A DNA stretch of 40,541 nt from assembly GCA_958009085.1 (NCBI GenBank), contig OY253669.1:1736001-1776541 (forward strand), in the 5' to 3' direction. Positions 38,944-40,541 of the stretch are shown here, in pieces. The stretch comes from Protoeuglena noctilucae (lineage: Eukaryota). Each line of letters starts with the position of its first letter. The first letter of the stretch is position 1. A program made the position numbers and the translations under genes. The notes under the pieces were generated by a model that was given only the letters and a program-made list of their open reading frames with translations, ran no database searches and had not been told where the DNA came from.

Positions 38944-40294
38944 ATGGGCGTCCGGGTTGCAGAGGACACCCGGAAGCGCGCAGCGCAGGCGCTCCCCGCT
39001 CTTGCAACTCGGATTTGCCGGTTTTATGTAGCCTTTTCCATCGTTTCGCGTCTCTCGCTTTTCGCCCGCCCCACCGCCGAGGCTGCCCCGCCCCCACCGC
39101 AGTCGCTGGCTCCCTCCAGTGACCCCGCCTACCTCAACACGGGCGGGGCGGGGACGGGAGTCCTGCAAAACGCGGCAGCATATGGCGGGGCGTACGCAGG
39201 AGGCCTGGGGATGGGCCAGGAGGTGAGGCTCGGGGCGGGTGGCGCGCTTGCACCCATGCATTGCTTGGCGTGGTTGGCTGGCACCATCCGCAGCCCCGCG
39301 GTTCGCGATTGTCGTCTCTTGCTTTCTCTGCCCGCAGGGATGGCCCATGGGTCACTACTACGACCCGGTGAGTGCTCCCTGTCCCCCGCTTGCCACGACA
39401 AAGCTGCCCTTGCACTCCCTCCCCTGCCTTTCTATGAACGTCCCATGGATCTCCCCATGCCACACATGCCAGGTATCTCAATCAGTACCGCCATTCACCC
39501 TCCTGCTCCCCCGCAGTCATCATATGCGTCGCTATATGCCAGTCAACTCGACCCCTACCACAGCCTGCGTGCCCGGGACATGGCCGCGTCGATGATGGGG
39601 TGGGACGCATACAGCATGGGCATGTACTACTCGGGTGAGCAAAAAACCATGGGAGTGACCGTAGGGAGTGTCCTCAGGGCTGTGTACGTGCATTTGTGTG
39701 CATGCGTTTGTGTGCCTCGTGCCATGCGCTGCACTGCCACGGCCCAATATGACCCTGACCATTGTGACCCTGTACTATTGTTACCCTAACCTCTCTCCTC
39801 CCCTCCCCCCAAGGCCTCACTTCCCCCACTCCCTTACAACTAGCCATCACGACATTTTGACACTCCCCCTCCCCCCCCCCCCCCAGGCCTCACTCCCCCC
39901 CTCCCCTACGGCTACCCAGGCAACCCTTACGCCCCACCCCTGCCCCTCCTCCCGGGCACCGCGCTGCCCTCGGCGCCCCCAGGCATGGCGCCAGAAACGT
40001 GGGCGGCTGCGCTGGAGTCGAATTCAAATCTCGCCATGCTCAAGGAACAGAGGGGGGCGGGGGCGGGGAAGGGGGGGGCAGGTGCAGGTGCGGTGGTGGT
40101 GACGGTAGAGTGACATGAGTGGTATAGATGGGCACACGCAATGACACACATAACATACTATCTCACACCCGTCACGTCTCCCACTCTCCCACGCGTGCTT
40201 CTGCCCACCCCCCGCAGCTGCTGCCGCCACCCCCGCTGAGCTGGGGCAGGGGCGGGGCAGGCGCAACAACGCAGGTGGTGGGGGTGCGGGTTAG
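38944..40294 (+). CDS. Hypothetical Tyr/Pro/Gly-rich low-complexity protein, about 6 exons, apparently ending at or truncated by the telomere
   Basis: Exons ~38944-38988, 39103-39222, 39338-39367, 39516-39634, 39887-40087 and 40218 onward join in frame (SDPAYLN..GWPMGHYYDP..PLPYGYPGNPYAPP). No folded domain recognised. Confidence 0.55.
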
Positions 40295-40541
40295 GGTAGG
40301 TTAGGTTTAGGTCATTAGGGTAGGTTTTTAGGGTTAGGGTTAGGTTAGGGTAGGGTTAGGGTTAGGGTTAGGGTTAGGGTTAGGGTTAGGGTTAGGGTTA
40401 GGGTTAGGGTTAGGGTTAGGGTTAGGGTTAGGGTTAGGGTTAGGGTTAGGGTTAGGGTTAGGGTTAGGGTTAGGGTTAGGGTTAGGGTTAGGGTTAGGGT
40501 TAGGGTTAGGGTTAGGGTTAGGGTTAGGGTTAGGGTTAGGG
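40291..40541 (+). repeat. Telomere (TTAGGG)n; variant repeats 40291-40355, perfect array 40356-40541 (31 units)
   Basis: Visible directly, with the G-rich strand running 5'->3' to the window end. Confidence 0.98.

Noticed and set aside
40291..40355. Variant telomeric repeats (TAGG, TTTAGG, TTTTTAGGG) as a mixed telomere motif
   Set aside because: Short, proximal and irregular; consistent with ordinary proximal degeneration or sequencing error, and the distal array is pure TTAGGG.

Overview
A gene-dense, GC-rich eukaryotic chromosome end, most likely from a green alga (inferred from spliceosomal introns, plastid-type genes with transit-peptide-like N-termini and TTAGGG telomeres). Most ORF-track entries are GC-rich or antisense artefacts. 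Splicing by eye gives about 13 intron-containing genes: a CofD/UPF0052 protein, PEX19, a multi-RRM protein, a membrane-anchored heme oxygenase, Maf, a WW/IQ protein, an ELMO-domain protein, a penta-EF-hand protein, Mini-RNase III, RlmH, a bestrophin-like channel, 3-dehydroquinate synthase, and a terminal gene that runs into the telomere. The most striking unexplained element is a ~4.4 kb non-coding island (about 27370-31760) holding at least 8 long imperfect hairpins with no shared sequence, a candidate polycistronic miRNA or structured-RNA locus. It lies between RlmH and a degenerate duplicate of the RlmH 5' end and promoter. Other patterns are frequent GC-AG introns, 'echo' copies of splice junctions inside introns, G-rich/C-rich intron polarity, and a telomere that starts inside a gene with no subtelomere. 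All gene models were made by eye and exon boundaries are unverified.
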